DNA of 64,000 bases. Origin: Opitutaceae bacterium (GTDB lineage Bacteria; Verrucomicrobiota; Verrucomicrobiia; Opitutales; Coraliomargaritaceae). Location of the stretch: contig JBPOFY010000008.1 of assembly GCA_051252375.1 (NCBI GenBank), forward strand, positions 64,001 to 128,000, in the 5' to 3' direction. The notes below the pieces were generated by a model, which saw nothing but the letters and a program-made list of their open reading frames with translations, ran no database searches and was not told the origin of the DNA. This document shows positions 47,184 through 59,023 of the stretch, piece after piece (position 1 is the first letter of the stretch; each line of letters opens with the position of its first letter). Position numbers and translations under genes: made by a program.

Positions 47184-48461
47184 ATGGAATTCATGCAGAA
47201 TTGGGGAAATCTCCTCGCTCCAAAAGGAGGCTTTAAAGTCGAGGATTTATGGCAGGTCCTAGTCGTGCTACTGTTGCTCGGTCTGTGCAGACGTGTATTC
47301 GGCCAAAAATACAAGAAACTCGACACCGACGAATTTAACCCAAAGTTCTGGATACAAAAGAATATCGGCTTCGTCACCCATTGGGTCGCGCTTACGGTCA
47401 TTTATTTATTTTTTGCGATAATCATCGGAATGGATATGCCAGTCCTTCGATTCTTTACTTACCTCGGCGGTGCTTGGACCGCGATTGGTCTGGTCACCAG
47501 CCTCCTGAAAGAACGCTTCTGGGCTCAATCTGTCGCAGCTGTTGGCTATCTGATTACCGGCTTATTCGGACTCGCGCTCGTCGAAGACAGTATTCAATTA
47601 CTCGACGACCTACGCTTCACCATGGGTGGCTTCACCCTCTCGGCTTGGACGATACTAGCCGGAATGATCGCCTTTGCGTTTACTTTATGGATTAGTCTCG
47701 CTGTCGCTCGAATTGCCGAGACACAGATTCAGCTCATCCCGCGACTGAGTGCCACGCTTAAGGTTCTCATCGCTAAGATCGTTCGCATTCTACTGATCAC
47801 TATTGCGGTTGTCACCGCGATTGGCTCCATTGGCATCGACCTCTCTGCCTTCGCGTTCCTCGGAGGTGCGATCGGTATTGGTCTTGGTTTTGGTCTCCAG
47901 AAAGTCGTGTCCAACTTTGTCAGCGGCATCATCCTGCTCATGGACAACTCCATAAAGCCCGGCGACGTGGTTGAAATCGATGGCACCTATGGTTGGATCA
48001 ATAATCTAAGAGCTCGATACGCATCGGTCATCACTCGCGACGGCACGGAACACCTCATCCCCAACGAAGACCTGATCACTCAAAAAGTGATCAACTGGTC
48101 ATTTACCGACAACCTCGTGCGCGTCCGCGTGCCTATCGGTGTTTCCTACAACGCAGACCCACATCATTGCATACAACTCATCCTTGATGTCGCGAATTCC
48201 GTTGAACGCATTTTGAAAACTCCAGAACCGAAATGCTTACTGAATGGCTTCGGAGATAGCTCTGTGAACTTAGAACTACGCATGTGGATTGCAGACCCAT
48301 CCAACGGCGTTGGTAGTGTGCGCAGTGAAGTGCTGCTCAAAGTATGGGATAGCTTTAAAGAGCATGGTGTCGAGATTCCTTTCCCGCAACGCGATCTACA
48401 CATTCGCTCTAGCGACGTAGAGATCGTGCAGCGCAACAATCCCGACTCAGAACAACTCTAG
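47184..48461 (+). CDS. MscS family mechanosensitive channel
   Basis: GIGLGFGLQKVVSNFVSG, IKPGD, IPNEDL, IPFPQRDLH. Confidence 0.92.
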   Translation: MEFMQNWGNLLAPKGGFKVEDLWQVLVVLLLLGLCRRVFGQKYKKLDTDEFNPKFWIQKNIGFVTHWVALTVIYLFFAIIIGMDMPVLRFFTYLGGAWTAIGLVTSLLKERFWAQSVAAVGYLITGLFGLALVEDSIQLLDDLRFTMGGFTLSAWTILAGMIAFAFTLWISLAVARIAETQIQLIPRLSATLKVLIAKIVRILLITIAVVTAIGSIGIDLSAFAFLGGAIGIGLGFGLQKVVSNFVSGIILLMDNSIKPGDVVEIDGTYGWINNLRARYASVITRDGTEHLIPNEDLITQKVINWSFTDNLVRVRVPIGVSYNADPHHCIQLILDVANSVERILKTPEPKCLLNGFGDSSVNLELRMWIADPSNGVGSVRSEVLLKVWDSFKEHGVEIPFPQRDLHIRSSDVEIVQRNNPDSEQL

Positions 48462-49217
48462 ATGGCATCCATCAAAAAAGTCCGCCTCGACGAATTACTC
48501 GTCGCCAATGGGCTCGCGGATACTCGCTCGCGTGCGAAAGCGCTGATCCTTGCGGGTAAAGTAAAGCTTGGCACTGATCGATTGGATAAACCAGGCCGCT
48601 CATTACCAATTGATAGCCCAGTAACAGTCGAGTCCCCTCCTCGCTTCGTCAGTCGTGGCGGTGAAAAGCTCGAAGGCTTCCTCGACCAATTTGAGATTCA
48701 AGTCGATGGACTCCGCATCCTCGATGTGGGCGCCTCTACTGGAGGCTTTACCGATTGCTGCTTACAGCGCGGCGCTATCACCGCAACTTGTGTCGATGTC
48801 GGTCGCGCACAAATGCACAACAAACTCATCCAAGACGAGCGCGTCACCAACATCGAAAAGACCAACGCCCGCCACATGCAACCAGGCGACCTCCCACACG
48901 ACGACTATCCGCTCATCGTCACGGACCTCTCTTTCATTTCACTCACAAAAGTCCTACCCGCGATGTGGCAATTCATGGCACCGGGTGGCCGCTTGATCGC
49001 ATTAGTGAAACCGCAATTCGAAGCTGAAAAACACGAAGTTGACGCAGGTAAAGGCATCATCCGCGACAAAGCCATCCACCAACGCGTGCTCGAATCCATC
49101 AAAACCTTCGCCCTCAATGAGCTCTCCGGCGCAGAACTCATCGGCACGATGGACTCCCCAATCAAAGGGACTGATGGCAACCGCGAATTCCTCATGGGGT
49201 TGGTCCGGAACGGATAA
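48462..49217 (+). CDS. tlyA: TlyA family rRNA methyltransferase
   Basis: S4 domain [36 protein letters not shown]. Confidence 0.93.
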   Translation: MASIKKVRLDELLVANGLADTRSRAKALILAGKVKLGTDRLDKPGRSLPIDSPVTVESPPRFVSRGGEKLEGFLDQFEIQVDGLRILDVGASTGGFTDCCLQRGAITATCVDVGRAQMHNKLIQDERVTNIEKTNARHMQPGDLPHDDYPLIVTDLSFISLTKVLPAMWQFMAPGGRLIALVKPQFEAEKHEVDAGKGIIRDKAIHQRVLESIKTFALNELSGAELIGTMDSPIKGTDGNREFLMGLVRNG

Positions 49218-49228
49218 TATTACATTAT

Positions 49229-49306
49229 TGGAGGGACGCGTTACACGCGTCCGCCTTCGGTAAAATTGGGCTCAAGCACCGCGGACGCGTGAAACATGTC
49301 CCTCCA
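49229..49306. repeat. REP-like inverted doublet (TGGAGGGACGCGTT(A/T)CACGCGTCCG); single copy at 59391-59415
   Basis: Arms 49229-49254 and 49281-49306, each internally palindromic. Confidence 0.85.
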
Positions 49307-49376
49307 GTCACATCCAAAATAATTCGCGATTAGAAGTTGGACGTTCTGCGTTCAGTGTTCTACCTTCAGCCTTCCC

Positions 49377-50216
49377 ATGAGTCCGATCAAAACCATCACA
49401 TTTGCTGTCAACGCCTCAAAGCCCGGTGCGAAGGAAGCGGCTGACTACCTTGCTGGTATCGCTGAGTGCGAGGGCGCTACCGCAACAGTGACTATGGACT
49501 ACCCGCTACCAGCAGATGCACTGAAAGGACAAGACCTCTGTTGTGTCATTGGCGGCGATGGCACATTGCTCGGCGTGCTCGATGCAGCGCTCGAATCCGG
49601 CGCAGCCGTGCTCGGAGTCAATATGGGCAAGCTCGGCTTTCTCGCCACTTTTACCGAAGCAGAAGCCGCCAACGACCTACCTAGCCTCATTAAGGGCAAC
49701 TACGACATCGCAGAGCGCTCGGTTATCTGCTGCACGACTCGAAATGGTGAATCGATCTGCGGTCTCAACGACGTGGTTTTAAAAGAAACCGAAGGCAGCG
49801 GTTTGATCCGCCTCAAAGTATCCGCCAATGGAAACCCCGTATCGGAATACCATTGCGACGGGCTGATCTTTTCCACGCCAACTGGATCCACCGCATATAA
49901 CCTTTCCGCCGGCGGACCGATCATCGGCCCCAAAGTCAGCGCCATTGCGATGACCCCGATTTGCCCTCATACGCTCGGTAATCGTTCCGTTATTTTTGAC
50001 AACTCCACGCAAGTCAGCGTGGCCAATCTCGTGCCCGGTCCCTGCCCTCGGATCACAATTGACGGACGCGTGCGTTTTAAAGCCGAAGACAATTTCCCGA
50101 TTTCGATCACTGTGGCCGAGAGAACTTTCCGCCTGATGCAAAACCCGGATCATTCGCACTTCGCAATTGTCAGAGATAAGCTCAACTGGGGCGACCCAAC
50201 GATTAAGTCGGAGTAA
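49377..50216 (+). CDS. nadK: NAD kinase
   Basis: [37 protein letters not shown]. Confidence 0.95.
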   Translation: MSPIKTITFAVNASKPGAKEAADYLAGIAECEGATATVTMDYPLPADALKGQDLCCVIGGDGTLLGVLDAALESGAAVLGVNMGKLGFLATFTEAEAANDLPSLIKGNYDIAERSVICCTTRNGESICGLNDVVLKETEGSGLIRLKVSANGNPVSEYHCDGLIFSTPTGSTAYNLSAGGPIIGPKVSAIAMTPICPHTLGNRSVIFDNSTQVSVANLVPGPCPRITIDGRVRFKAEDNFPISITVAERTFRLMQNPDHSHFAIVRDKLNWGDPTIKSE

Positions 50217-50294
50217 AGCTGTCCTAATCTTAATCCTAATCATAATCTAAAGAAACGGATTAAGAATAAGAGTATGATTATGATTAAGACATAA

Positions 50295-51677
50295 ATGAAC
50301 ATCCTCGAAAACATACCCACTAAACAACGCGCAGCTTGTGTTGCTGTGGCGGAGTCTCTCGCGCAGGCGGGCGGACGAGCTTTGCTGGTGGGTGGTTGCG
50401 TGCGTGATGGTTTACTCGGGATACCTGCGAAGGACGTGGACATCGAAGTCTATGGAATGGATGCAGATACTGTCGAAGCGACCTTAAGCCAGCACTACCG
50501 CCTCGATACGGTTGGTCGGGCATTCGGAGTTTTCATAGTCAAAGGTCTGGATATCGACATCGCACTTCCGCGCCGCGAATCCAAGACAGGCCCCAAGCAT
50601 ACGGACTTCGTGGTTGAAGGAGATCCCAACATGTCGCCCCACGACGCAGCCGCACGGCGTGATTTCACCATCAATGCCATCAGCTTCGACCCACTGACCG
50701 GTGAACTGCTCGACCCTTACAACGGTGTGACCGATCTCGAAGCACGCTGCCTGCGCCACGTCTCCGACGCTTTCAGCGAAGATCCGCTTCGCGTTTTACG
50801 CGGCATGCAATTCATCGCGCGTTTTGATTTGGTCGCCGCATCAGAAACCATTGCCCTCTGCCGCGCACTCACACCCGAACACCTGCCGATGGAGCGACTT
50901 TGGGAAGAGTGGAAAAAGCTCATCCTCAAAGGCAATCAACTAGGTCAAGGGCTGCATTTCCTAAAGGACTGTGGATGGCTACAATATTTCCCTGAACTCG
51001 AAGCACTGGATGGCTGCGAGCAAGACCCCGAATGGCACCCTGAAGGTGACGTCTGGAAACACACCTGCCACTGCCTCGATGCTTACGCCAAGCAACGCAT
51101 CGGCGATGAATGGGAAGACCTCGTCGTCGGGCTAGCAGTGGTTTGCCACGACATGGGCAAACCAGCGACCACTTACACCGACGAAAACGGACGCATCCGC
51201 AGCCCACGGCACGACGTGTTGGGCGTGCCAGTGGCCAAGGCCTTTCTAGAACGCATCACTCGGCAGAAGAAATTCTTTGAAGAAGTCCTCCCACTAGTCG
51301 AGCAGCACATGCGCCCGCTAGCGCTCTACCGCGATGGAGCCGGCGACTCCGCTATTAGACGCCTCGCAGCCAGAGTCAAACGAGTGGATCGCCTCACCCG
51401 TGTGGCGCATGCCGATAAGAACGGACGCCCACCAATCGAGTGTGACGGTTTCCCCGAGGGCGAATGGCTACTGGGCAAAGCCGCCGAACTCGCGATCAAA
51501 GACAACGCCCCCACGCCGATCCTACTCGGGCGCCATTTAATGGAATGCGGCATCAAGCCCGGTCCCCATTTTGGAAAAATTCTCGACCAAGCCTACGAAG
51601 CACAACTCGACGGCGTCTTCACCGACCTCGAAACCGGCAAAATTTACCTCCAATCCATTCTCCCCAAATCTGTATAG
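50295..51677 (+). CDS. cca: Class II tRNA nucleotidyltransferase (CCA-adding type) with HD domain
   Basis: [43 protein letters not shown]. Confidence 0.85.
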   Translation: MNILENIPTKQRAACVAVAESLAQAGGRALLVGGCVRDGLLGIPAKDVDIEVYGMDADTVEATLSQHYRLDTVGRAFGVFIVKGLDIDIALPRRESKTGPKHTDFVVEGDPNMSPHDAAARRDFTINAISFDPLTGELLDPYNGVTDLEARCLRHVSDAFSEDPLRVLRGMQFIARFDLVAASETIALCRALTPEHLPMERLWEEWKKLILKGNQLGQGLHFLKDCGWLQYFPELEALDGCEQDPEWHPEGDVWKHTCHCLDAYAKQRIGDEWEDLVVGLAVVCHDMGKPATTYTDENGRIRSPRHDVLGVPVAKAFLERITRQKKFFEEVLPLVEQHMRPLALYRDGAGDSAIRRLAARVKRVDRLTRVAHADKNGRPPIECDGFPEGEWLLGKAAELAIKDNAPTPILLGRHLMECGIKPGPHFGKILDQAYEAQLDGVFTDLETGKIYLQSILPKSV

Positions 51678-51688
51678 CTATTAAGAAC

Positions 51689-52441
51689 ATGAAAAAAATC
51701 ATCCACACAGCCCTCGCCCTACTCCTTTGCACTTCCATTCTTCGCGCCGAAACGACTGAAGAAGCACCGAGCGTGATCCTGCGCGGCGTGCTCGACCTCG
51801 GCACTATTCAATCGTTCTCGCTCAGCACGGAAGACGGCGTCTCCTCTTCTTGGGTAAAGGTAGGCCAAAGTTTTAAAGGTTACAAAGTCGTCTCCTTCGA
51901 CACAGACAGCCAAGCATTGAGCCTCGAAAAAGACGGTGTCACACAAACCATCAGCCTCGCCTCCGCTCAAGAACTCGCCAACGACGAGGGCACCATGGAA
52001 GAACGCCTCGCCGAAGCGAAAAACATCATGGCACTAATGGACTTCGAAAAGATGATGAACGAAACCATGGACGCCCAGATGAAAGCCATGGGCGACATGA
52101 TGCGTAAGCAAATGTCTATGGGCGGCACCGTCGACGAAGAGCTCGTCGCTTTCCAAACCAAGGCAATGGCCGAGATGTTCGACGAAATGGAATGAGGCCC
52201 CATCAAGGATGGCATGTCGAAAGCCTACGCCGAAGTATTCACCAAAGATGAGCTCGGCAGCATCTCGAACTTCTACGCCACTCCTGCCGGACAAGCCACC
52301 ATCCAAAAGCAGCCCGCGCTCCAGCAAAAGACCATGGAGATCATGATGCCCTCAATCATGACTGCCTCACAGTCCATGCAAAAGAAGATGATGGATTTCT
52401 ACAAACAGCGCGCCGCCGAAAAGAAAGCTGCGGCGGAGTAA
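51689..52441 (+). pseudogene. Secreted DUF2059-domain gene interrupted by one in-frame TGA (52193-52195)
   Basis: Signal peptide MKKIIHTALALLL; frame continues past the stop: FDEME*GPIKDGMSKAYAEVFTKDELGSISNFYATPAGQ. Confidence 0.8.
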
Positions 52442-52451
52442 ATGATCATTC

Positions 52452-52549
52452 TGTCGCCACGGCAGTCTCTGCCGTGCGTTAACGGTTCGACCAGCTTACA
52501 CGTCTACACCTTCGAAAAGTGAAACACGGCAGAGACTGCCGTGGCGACA
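52452..52549. repeat. REP-like doublet, perfect 25-bp inverted repeat
   Basis: TGTCGCCACGGCAGTCTCTGCCGTG (52452-52476) and CACGGCAGAGACTGCCGTGGCGACA (52525-52549). Confidence 0.9.
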
Positions 52550-52554
52550 CTCAC

Positions 52555-52591
52555 AAAAAAAGCCCCGCAGCGTAAACTGCGGGGCTTTTTG
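52555..52591. terminator. Bidirectional intrinsic terminator after rpmE2
   Basis: AAAAAAAGCCCCGCAG-cgtaaa-CTGCGGGGCTTTTT. Confidence 0.85.
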
Positions 52592-52613
52592 AAAATTGGT
52601 CTATTGTGACGCT

Positions 52614-52859
52614 TTAGCCACGACGACGGAACTTGGATTGGAACTTCTCGACGCGTCCAGCGGTGTCGACGAAGCGCTTCTCACCTGTGAAGGTAGGGTG
52701 CGAATCCGCAGTGATGTCGCAAATGACGACTTGATATTCTACGCCGTCGATAGTCTCTGTCTTGCTACCACGCATAGTGGAACGAGTCAGGAATTTCGTG
52801 CCAGTCGAAACGTCGACGAAGGCAATCGGGTTGAGCTTTGGATGGATTTCAGCTTTCAC
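52614..52859 (-). CDS. rpmE2: 50S ribosomal protein L31 type B
   Basis: MKAEIHP...FLTRST...SHPTFTG...DTAGRVEKF; no CxC/CxxC Zn motif. Confidence 0.93.
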   Translation of the reverse strand: MKAEIHPKLNPIAFVDVSTGTKFLTRSTMRGSKTETIDGVEYQVVICDITADSHPTFTGEKRFVDTAGRVEKFQSKFRRRG

Positions 52860-52887
52860 GGTAAAAAAGATTCCAAGGTTGAGTAGT

Positions 52888-53013
52888 CTAGCCCTGACGC
52901 GCTTTAAAGCGAGGGTTTGACTTGCAGATTACGTAGACACGACCCTTACGACGCACAACTTGGCAGTCAGGGTGACGGTCTTTGAGAGATTTAAGTGAAG
53001 ATACTACTTTCAT
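52888..53013 (-). CDS. ykgO: 50S ribosomal protein L36 type B (41 aa, not in ORF track)
   Basis: Hand translation [41 protein letters not shown]. Confidence 0.95.
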   Translation of the reverse strand: MKVVSSLKSLKDRHPDCQVVRRKGRVYVICKSNPRFKARQG

Positions 53014-53101
53014 GACGGAAATTAAAGGAATGGGAGAAAAAAGGGTGCACCTAACCCTCTGTCAATGGCAAAGGCGGAAATAAATTCTTTATTTAAAAGC
53101 G

Positions 53102-53689
53102 CTAATTCAGCGAAGGATCTTCGGGTTCATCGGCCAACAGGCGCATCTCGGGGCTGTCACGGTGAAGAATATGCCGCCAAACCTCATCACCACGCAAGGA
53201 ATCGATCTCGGGAACCAAATTAGCAGTTACCCACGCTCCATCATCGATTTCAGCATCCAATTGCCCTTCGCCCCAGCCAGAATGCCCGATAAAGCCTCGA
53301 AGCTCGAATCCGGAGTCCTCCTCCAATAGTAAACGTGCTTTCACGTCATCGATACCAAAATAGAGCTTAAAAGACCCCTCCTCGGGAGTCCACTTCCACG
53401 CGACCAAAATCAATTGCTCATTACCCACGGGCCCACCCTTATAGAGCGGCACATGGGCGAGGTCTGACTGGTTCAACTCGTCGTCGTATTCACCGAGCGT
53501 GAGATTCATAGGTCGATTCACCACCACACCGAGCGAACCTTCTGCATCAGAGTGAGCGGTCAGTAAGACCACGGATTTACGAAAATTAGGATCGAGCAAC
53601 GAGGGATGCGCAGCCAGCAGCGACCCGGCAAACGGTAAAGTCGCCTCAGTAAACTGACTATTTCGATCTATTCGCATTCGATGCCGCAT
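53102..53689 (-). CDS. YqgE/AlgH family protein
   Basis: DPNFRKSVVLL..H..GSLGVVVNRP, GGPV, GHSGWGEGQLDAE. Confidence 0.9.
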   Translation of the reverse strand: MRHRMRIDRNSQFTEATLPFAGSLLAAHPSLLDPNFRKSVVLLTAHSDAEGSLGVVVNRPMNLTLGEYDDELNQSDLAHVPLYKGGPVGNEQLILVAWKWTPEEGSFKLYFGIDDVKARLLLEEDSGFELRGFIGHSGWGEGQLDAEIDDGAWVTANLVPEIDSLRGDEVWRHILHRDSPEMRLLADEPEDPSLN

Positions 53690-54195
53690 TACAATTGTTC
53701 TATAACTACCCCAGACTCATTTAAAATTTCTTTAACCAAGTCATCATTACGATAATCACGGCGATATTTAATGCAACTGATCCCCGTGGCTGCTAGAATT
53801 TTGGCACAATTGATACATGGGAAATGCGTGACATACACCGTCGCTCCATCGAGAGGCACACCGCGCCGAGCGGCATCGCATATCGCATTTTGCTCCGCAT
53901 GGACCGTCGCCTGCTCATGCCCGTCGCGCATCCGCGAAGCGTGTGGTGCACCAGGCAAAAAACCATTATACCCCGCAGCCACGATACGATTACTTTGCGC
54001 CCCACCCGAAACAATCACGCAACCCACATGCAGACGCTCGCAACTAGAGCGTGAGGCCATCAACAACGCTGTCGCCATAAAATACGCATCCCATGAGGGA
54101 CGATTCCCCCAAGATGCGGTCATCGCTTCCAACTGATCCAACATCGTGGTTTCGTCGATCTCAGGTGTGCTACTAGACAGTGACTCTATTTCCAT
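53689..54195 (-). CDS. dCMP deaminase (ComEB-like)
   Basis: RPSWDAYFM, GYNG, HAEQNA, PCINC. Confidence 0.9.
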   Translation of the reverse strand: MEIESLSSSTPEIDETTMLDQLEAMTASWGNRPSWDAYFMATALLMASRSSCERLHVGCVIVSGGAQSNRIVAAGYNGFLPGAPHASRMRDGHEQATVHAEQNAICDAARRGVPLDGATVYVTHFPCINCAKILAATGISCIKYRRDYRNDDLVKEILNESGVVIEQL

Positions 54196-54276
54196 ACTGA
54201 GAAATTACCGTCCATCCCAAGCGCCCCGCAACCGAGAAGTGCAGGAAGCCGCAAATTGAAGCGACGATGCTGCGGT

Positions 54277-55047
54277 TTACGGATACACCGTGATCGACAA
54301 ATATCCAGCAGGTAGCCGTCCTATAGTCGCAGGCAGCTGCAACCAGCGTTGCGCCGCACGATCAAATGCCTCGTTGCCTGAGCTCTTTGAGACCAAAGGT
54401 GCACCCAGGCGTCGACTATCCCCTCCCACGCGTAAATAGAACTGCACAGGCTCGTCAACTGGATCAGGGTCGGTGAATTCCAATGGGCACTCTAAAGTCA
54501 CCGCGCTCTGTCCCGCCGCCCCCACGACCGTAACCTCTGCAAAATGTCCCACATCGGCAAATGCTTGAATCACATGATCCGACTGGCCGAAGCGCTCGAA
54601 AAAGACCCAAAACCGTGACGCAAGTAAATCACCGGGCTGTTGCAGGGAATCACCGGAACCAATCAACGCATCGGAGTTGTCCAAAGCTTTCAGCAAATCA
54701 ATCGCAGGTTCAAACTCAGGAAAACGCTCGCGAACACGATCTCGTTGCGCCAGCGAAACGTTTTGAGCCGCATTCCATTTCGTCGGCACAAATAGGGGCG
54801 CGGAGTCAAACAGCTGCGCTTGCTCTTCCAATGCGAGATCCCCCGCAAGTGAACCGGCTGAAACGTAGCGCACAAAAGCAGCTCGATCATCCCGTGTCGG
54901 CAGTGGATTGGAAACCACGCGAAAAATCAAAAAGCCGGCGAGATGCACCGCAATCCCAACCATTAATGCCACACGCAACACTGGCGAAAGAAAGCGATGG
55001 CTCTCCTTCACATGTCTTTGCCCAGAACTTTCGACATCAGCAGCCAT
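54277..55047 (-). CDS. TonB/TolA-like single-TM protein
   Basis: N-terminal TM with His (IAVHLAG); C-terminal KSSGNEAFDRAA; coupled to exbD. Confidence 0.6.
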   Translation of the reverse strand: MAADVESSGQRHVKESHRFLSPVLRVALMVGIAVHLAGFLIFRVVSNPLPTRDDRAAFVRYVSAGSLAGDLALEEQAQLFDSAPLFVPTKWNAAQNVSLAQRDRVRERFPEFEPAIDLLKALDNSDALIGSGDSLQQPGDLLASRFWVFFERFGQSDHVIQAFADVGHFAEVTVVGAAGQSAVTLECPLEFTDPDPVDEPVQFYLRVGGDSRRLGAPLVSKSSGNEAFDRAAQRWLQLPATIGRLPAGYLSITVYP

Positions 55048-55597
55048 TACATCACAGGAAGCATCATTTGTTGGCGGTCACTGATTGAATCGACCGGCAC
55101 AATATCGATGTGCGATTCCTTTTTCTCTCCAGCGATCTGCACCTGTTCAAAACCCGCGACCTGCGCCATACGACACAGATCTAAGAACGCCTGCAGTGGC
55201 ATCGTCGCTTCTGGTTTGACCAAAAGCACATGCCCCGAGCCCACATCACTCTGCTCAATATGCTGCTTGAACGCACGTTCGATCGAGTTCTGCTCGAAAA
55301 CACTGCCGTCGAAATACAACATGCCCTTATTGCCGATCGTTAACACAGCAACCGCGGCATCATGGTGCGGCATACGAAGTTCCGTCTCTGGTAAGTCAAC
55401 GCGCACACCCGGAACCACGACAAATCGCGTAAAGAGCAAACTCATCAGCAACGCGATCACGAGCAGATCCAAAATCGGCACCACATCCAACTTCATGGAC
55501 GGTCGTTTCAATTGGTTGAGCAAACCCAAAGGAGCCGTAAACCCAGTCACCGAGTTCGAGAGAGGCTCCTCGATTTGATTATCACGCGACGTTTCCA

Positions 55598-55598
<1 letters not shown>
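55047..55598 (-). CDS. ExbD/TolR family protein
   Basis: DVVPILDLLVIALL TM with conserved Asp; VDLP. Confidence 0.85.
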
Positions 55599-56260
<662 letters not shown>

Positions 56261-56295
56261 TAGCTATATTTCCTGATAAATGTTGATGCCTCGGT

Positions 56296-58950
56296 CTACT
56301 CGACCACTTGTATGGTATTGGCGCGATCTAGTGCCAGATTTCTTCCCGGCAGATTATACGCGACCATATTAGTATACACACGTTTCGCCTCCGCCAATTC
56401 GCCGGACTCTTCCAAAATAGTGCCTAAAGCCAGTAAGGCTCGCGACATCCAGTAGCGCCCCGCGCGCCCCAGTTGCACCGCTTGATCACCGTTCAAAAGA
56501 AAACGCTCGTAGATTAACATAAAAACATCCTTCGCCTCCTTAGGCGCATCGCGCTTTAATAAAGCAAAGCCCCACTTATAGCCGACCTCCGCCTGAAAAT
56601 CGATCGGCAGGTTCGGTATATCAATCAAGCGCTCCAGCGAAATGGCCACATCATTCAATTGCGAAACGTTGTTCTTCGCCAGAGCCAACATACAATCGAC
56701 TCGTGACAACTCTGGCACATAGCGCAGCGGGTGCGTCGGGTAAGTGTTGATTAAGCCCTCATAAATACTTTGTGCCCCGGTGAATTTATTTAACTTACGC
56801 AAGAGATCGCCCTGCTTCAGACGCGCCGAAAACACCAGCGCATCGTTCGGATAGCTCTCCGCAATCTTGTTGTGCAAAAGCACCGCCTCTTCAAAAAATT
56901 CCGCCCCGCGACGCTCGCAATAAATCCCTGCTTCAAAGATTGCCTGCGGTGCCAGCACACTTTCCGGATAGACTGACGCCAACCTAGAAAGAGTCTCTTG
57001 CGCCGATTTCAAATCTGCGATCGAGCCATGGTAATCTGCCTCAGTTAAGTAGGAACGCTGCGCCGCAGCACTATTCGCGTAGCCCACTCTTAATCGCTCA
57101 AGCACTGCCATGCCCTCATTGGCTTGGCCGCCTCCAATCAATATCTGCGCCTGCAACAGTAATATCTCGGTAATCAGCAGCTTTGATTCCGCCGAGTCCA
57201 ATTTCTCCACTGGCAATGATTCCACCCGAGCTAAAAGAGCCGACACACGTTCCAGCAGACCTTCTTCTTCCTTAGCCAAAAACGAGAGGTATGCCTCCAT
57301 CCAACGTAAGCGAACATCCAAAGTCGTCGGCACATTTGCCGCGCCGCCTTCCAGCAGTAAACGCACACGAGTCAACGCCACCTCCAACTGCCCTTCCGCC
57401 TTCAAAGCTTGCGCAATATTCCACTCCGCCCGCCAGCGATCCGATACACTCACGCCACCGGTAAAGTCTGCCTGATCGATATGCTGCAAAGCCGCATCCA
57501 TCTGATCCGAACGCACTTCAGCTGTGATTAAGCGAAGAAAGAGCTCACCGTCACGTCCCCCATCAATCGCCTTGGTGTGTGCAGCGAGATAGAAATCGAC
57601 CGCATTATTATAGTCACCGTTCAAGAAATAGCAGTCACCGATCAAACGATTCAAGACCGCACGGTCGGCCAACACATCTGTCTGGTCACGCAACTGAATC
57701 AAGAAGTCTGCCGCCGCTCGATATTGCGGCGGTGTGCGCTGCAACGCCGCATAGGCCAACAAGCGATACACACTGGTGATCTGCTGCAACCCAGGAAACT
57801 GCTCCAACAAATAACGAGCATCCGCCTCCGCAATGGCGGTTTCCTGACGCGCCATCTCCACATTATTATTTTTCAATGCAATCTCCGCCCGCGCCAATGC
57901 CAACTGGCTACGAATAAAGTAAATATCACCCAACAAAGGATGCGGCTCCGTGCGAGCGATCATCTGATTGAGAAACTCCGACAAGCTTCCACTCGTGGCA
58001 TCCGGACCACTTGCCAACAATTGCAAAGCCACCCGCAACACATCCCGAGTCTTACCAATACGTAACAAATCCTGTAAGGCCTCGCGCCCACGCAGTGAAT
58101 CACGCCCCGCGATCATTCCTTTAAGTAAAAGTAACTGCTCCCGCTCGCGACTACCGAGATTCGTATTATTCACCCGCTGATCATCGATCACAGCAATCGC
58201 CTCTTCCGCGCGATCCATATTATAAAGCATCACCGCATACTGCCGCGCATATGGATAAGCCGCAGCCTCCCTCGACAAACGCTCTAACTGGTTGCGGATA
58301 TCCGAAGCGAGCCCTGGATCCGCAGGCGTCTCCTTCATTTTCTGGAGAAAAACCAAACTATTGAAAAACGCCTTCAAACTCTCCGATTGCGCCGCAGCGA
58401 CCGCTTTTTCAAAAGCCGGAACGACCGCCTCGGGCTTCCCCGCCATTTCCGCCCGTAAACCACGCAATAAAAACAACCATGCACGATCCATCGCACTCAA
58501 TTGCGCAGGCTTCACCTTAGCAAACGCCTCATCAAACGCAGTCGAATCGACACCCTTGCCATTCCCGTATAACGCCACGGCCAAATACAAATTATAACGA
58601 CTACCCTGAGCCGCCTCCCTTACCTCAGCCAATTCTGTGCGCGCCGCCATATAGCGCTGTTGAGCGATCAAAGCAGCAGCCAAAGACACCCTTACATCAT
58701 CTGCCAAGCCAAGCTCCAGTGCCGGATTCACCAAAATCGAACGATAACCACTCTCCGCCAAACCGACCAAACCTGATCGAAACGCACGTTCCGCCGCCTC
58801 CAAACGCCATTCCAGCGCAATCGCCTCACCCGCCTCCGGTGCCACCACCTGATCCGTAACCAAAGGCGCTTGCGCATGTAACCAGCTCGCGCCCGCCAAT
58901 AGGCAGAGCACAACGAGGGGACAAAAGAGAGTGAGAAAATTCAACCGCAT
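56296..58950 (-). CDS. Large secreted TPR protein
   Basis: Signal peptide; helical repeats with YP..S..A..A TPR turns. Confidence 0.8.
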   Translation of the reverse strand: MRLNFLTLFCPLVVLCLLAGASWLHAQAPLVTDQVVAPEAGEAIALEWRLEAAERAFRSGLVGLAESGYRSILVNPALELGLADDVRVSLAAALIAQQRYMAARTELAEVREAAQGSRYNLYLAVALYGNGKGVDSTAFDEAFAKVKPAQLSAMDRAWLFLLRGLRAEMAGKPEAVVPAFEKAVAAAQSESLKAFFNSLVFLQKMKETPADPGLASDIRNQLERLSREAAAYPYARQYAVMLYNMDRAEEAIAVIDDQRVNNTNLGSREREQLLLLKGMIAGRDSLRGREALQDLLRIGKTRDVLRVALQLLASGPDATSGSLSEFLNQMIARTEPHPLLGDIYFIRSQLALARAEIALKNNNVEMARQETAIAEADARYLLEQFPGLQQITSVYRLLAYAALQRTPPQYRAAADFLIQLRDQTDVLADRAVLNRLIGDCYFLNGDYNNAVDFYLAAHTKAIDGGRDGELFLRLITAEVRSDQMDAALQHIDQADFTGGVSVSDRWRAEWNIAQALKAEGQLEVALTRVRLLLEGGAANVPTTLDVRLRWMEAYLSFLAKEEEGLLERVSALLARVESLPVEKLDSAESKLLITEILLLQAQILIGGGQANEGMAVLERLRVGYANSAAAQRSYLTEADYHGSIADLKSAQETLSRLASVYPESVLAPQAIFEAGIYCERRGAEFFEEAVLLHNKIAESYPNDALVFSARLKQGDLLRKLNKFTGAQSIYEGLINTYPTHPLRYVPELSRVDCMLALAKNNVSQLNDVAISLERLIDIPNLPIDFQAEVGYKWGFALLKRDAPKEAKDVFMLIYERFLLNGDQAVQLGRAGRYWMSRALLALGTILEESGELAEAKRVYTNMVAYNLPGRNLALDRANTIQVVE

Positions 58951-59023
58951 GGATATCCCGACATGACAAGCACTCCCACCACAGGTTGCAAAGCGATTTT
59001 TCGGCTTTCGACCAAAGCCTCAC

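Noticed and set aside
51464..51688. N-terminal extension of the DUF2059 ORF overlapping cca
   Set aside because: The signal peptide starts at ATG 51689; the extension is off-frame cca sequence
52193..52195. Genome-wide TGA recoding or selenocysteine
   Set aside because: TGA terminates other clear genes (e.g. at 2205 and 21882); no redox Cys context or evident SECIS
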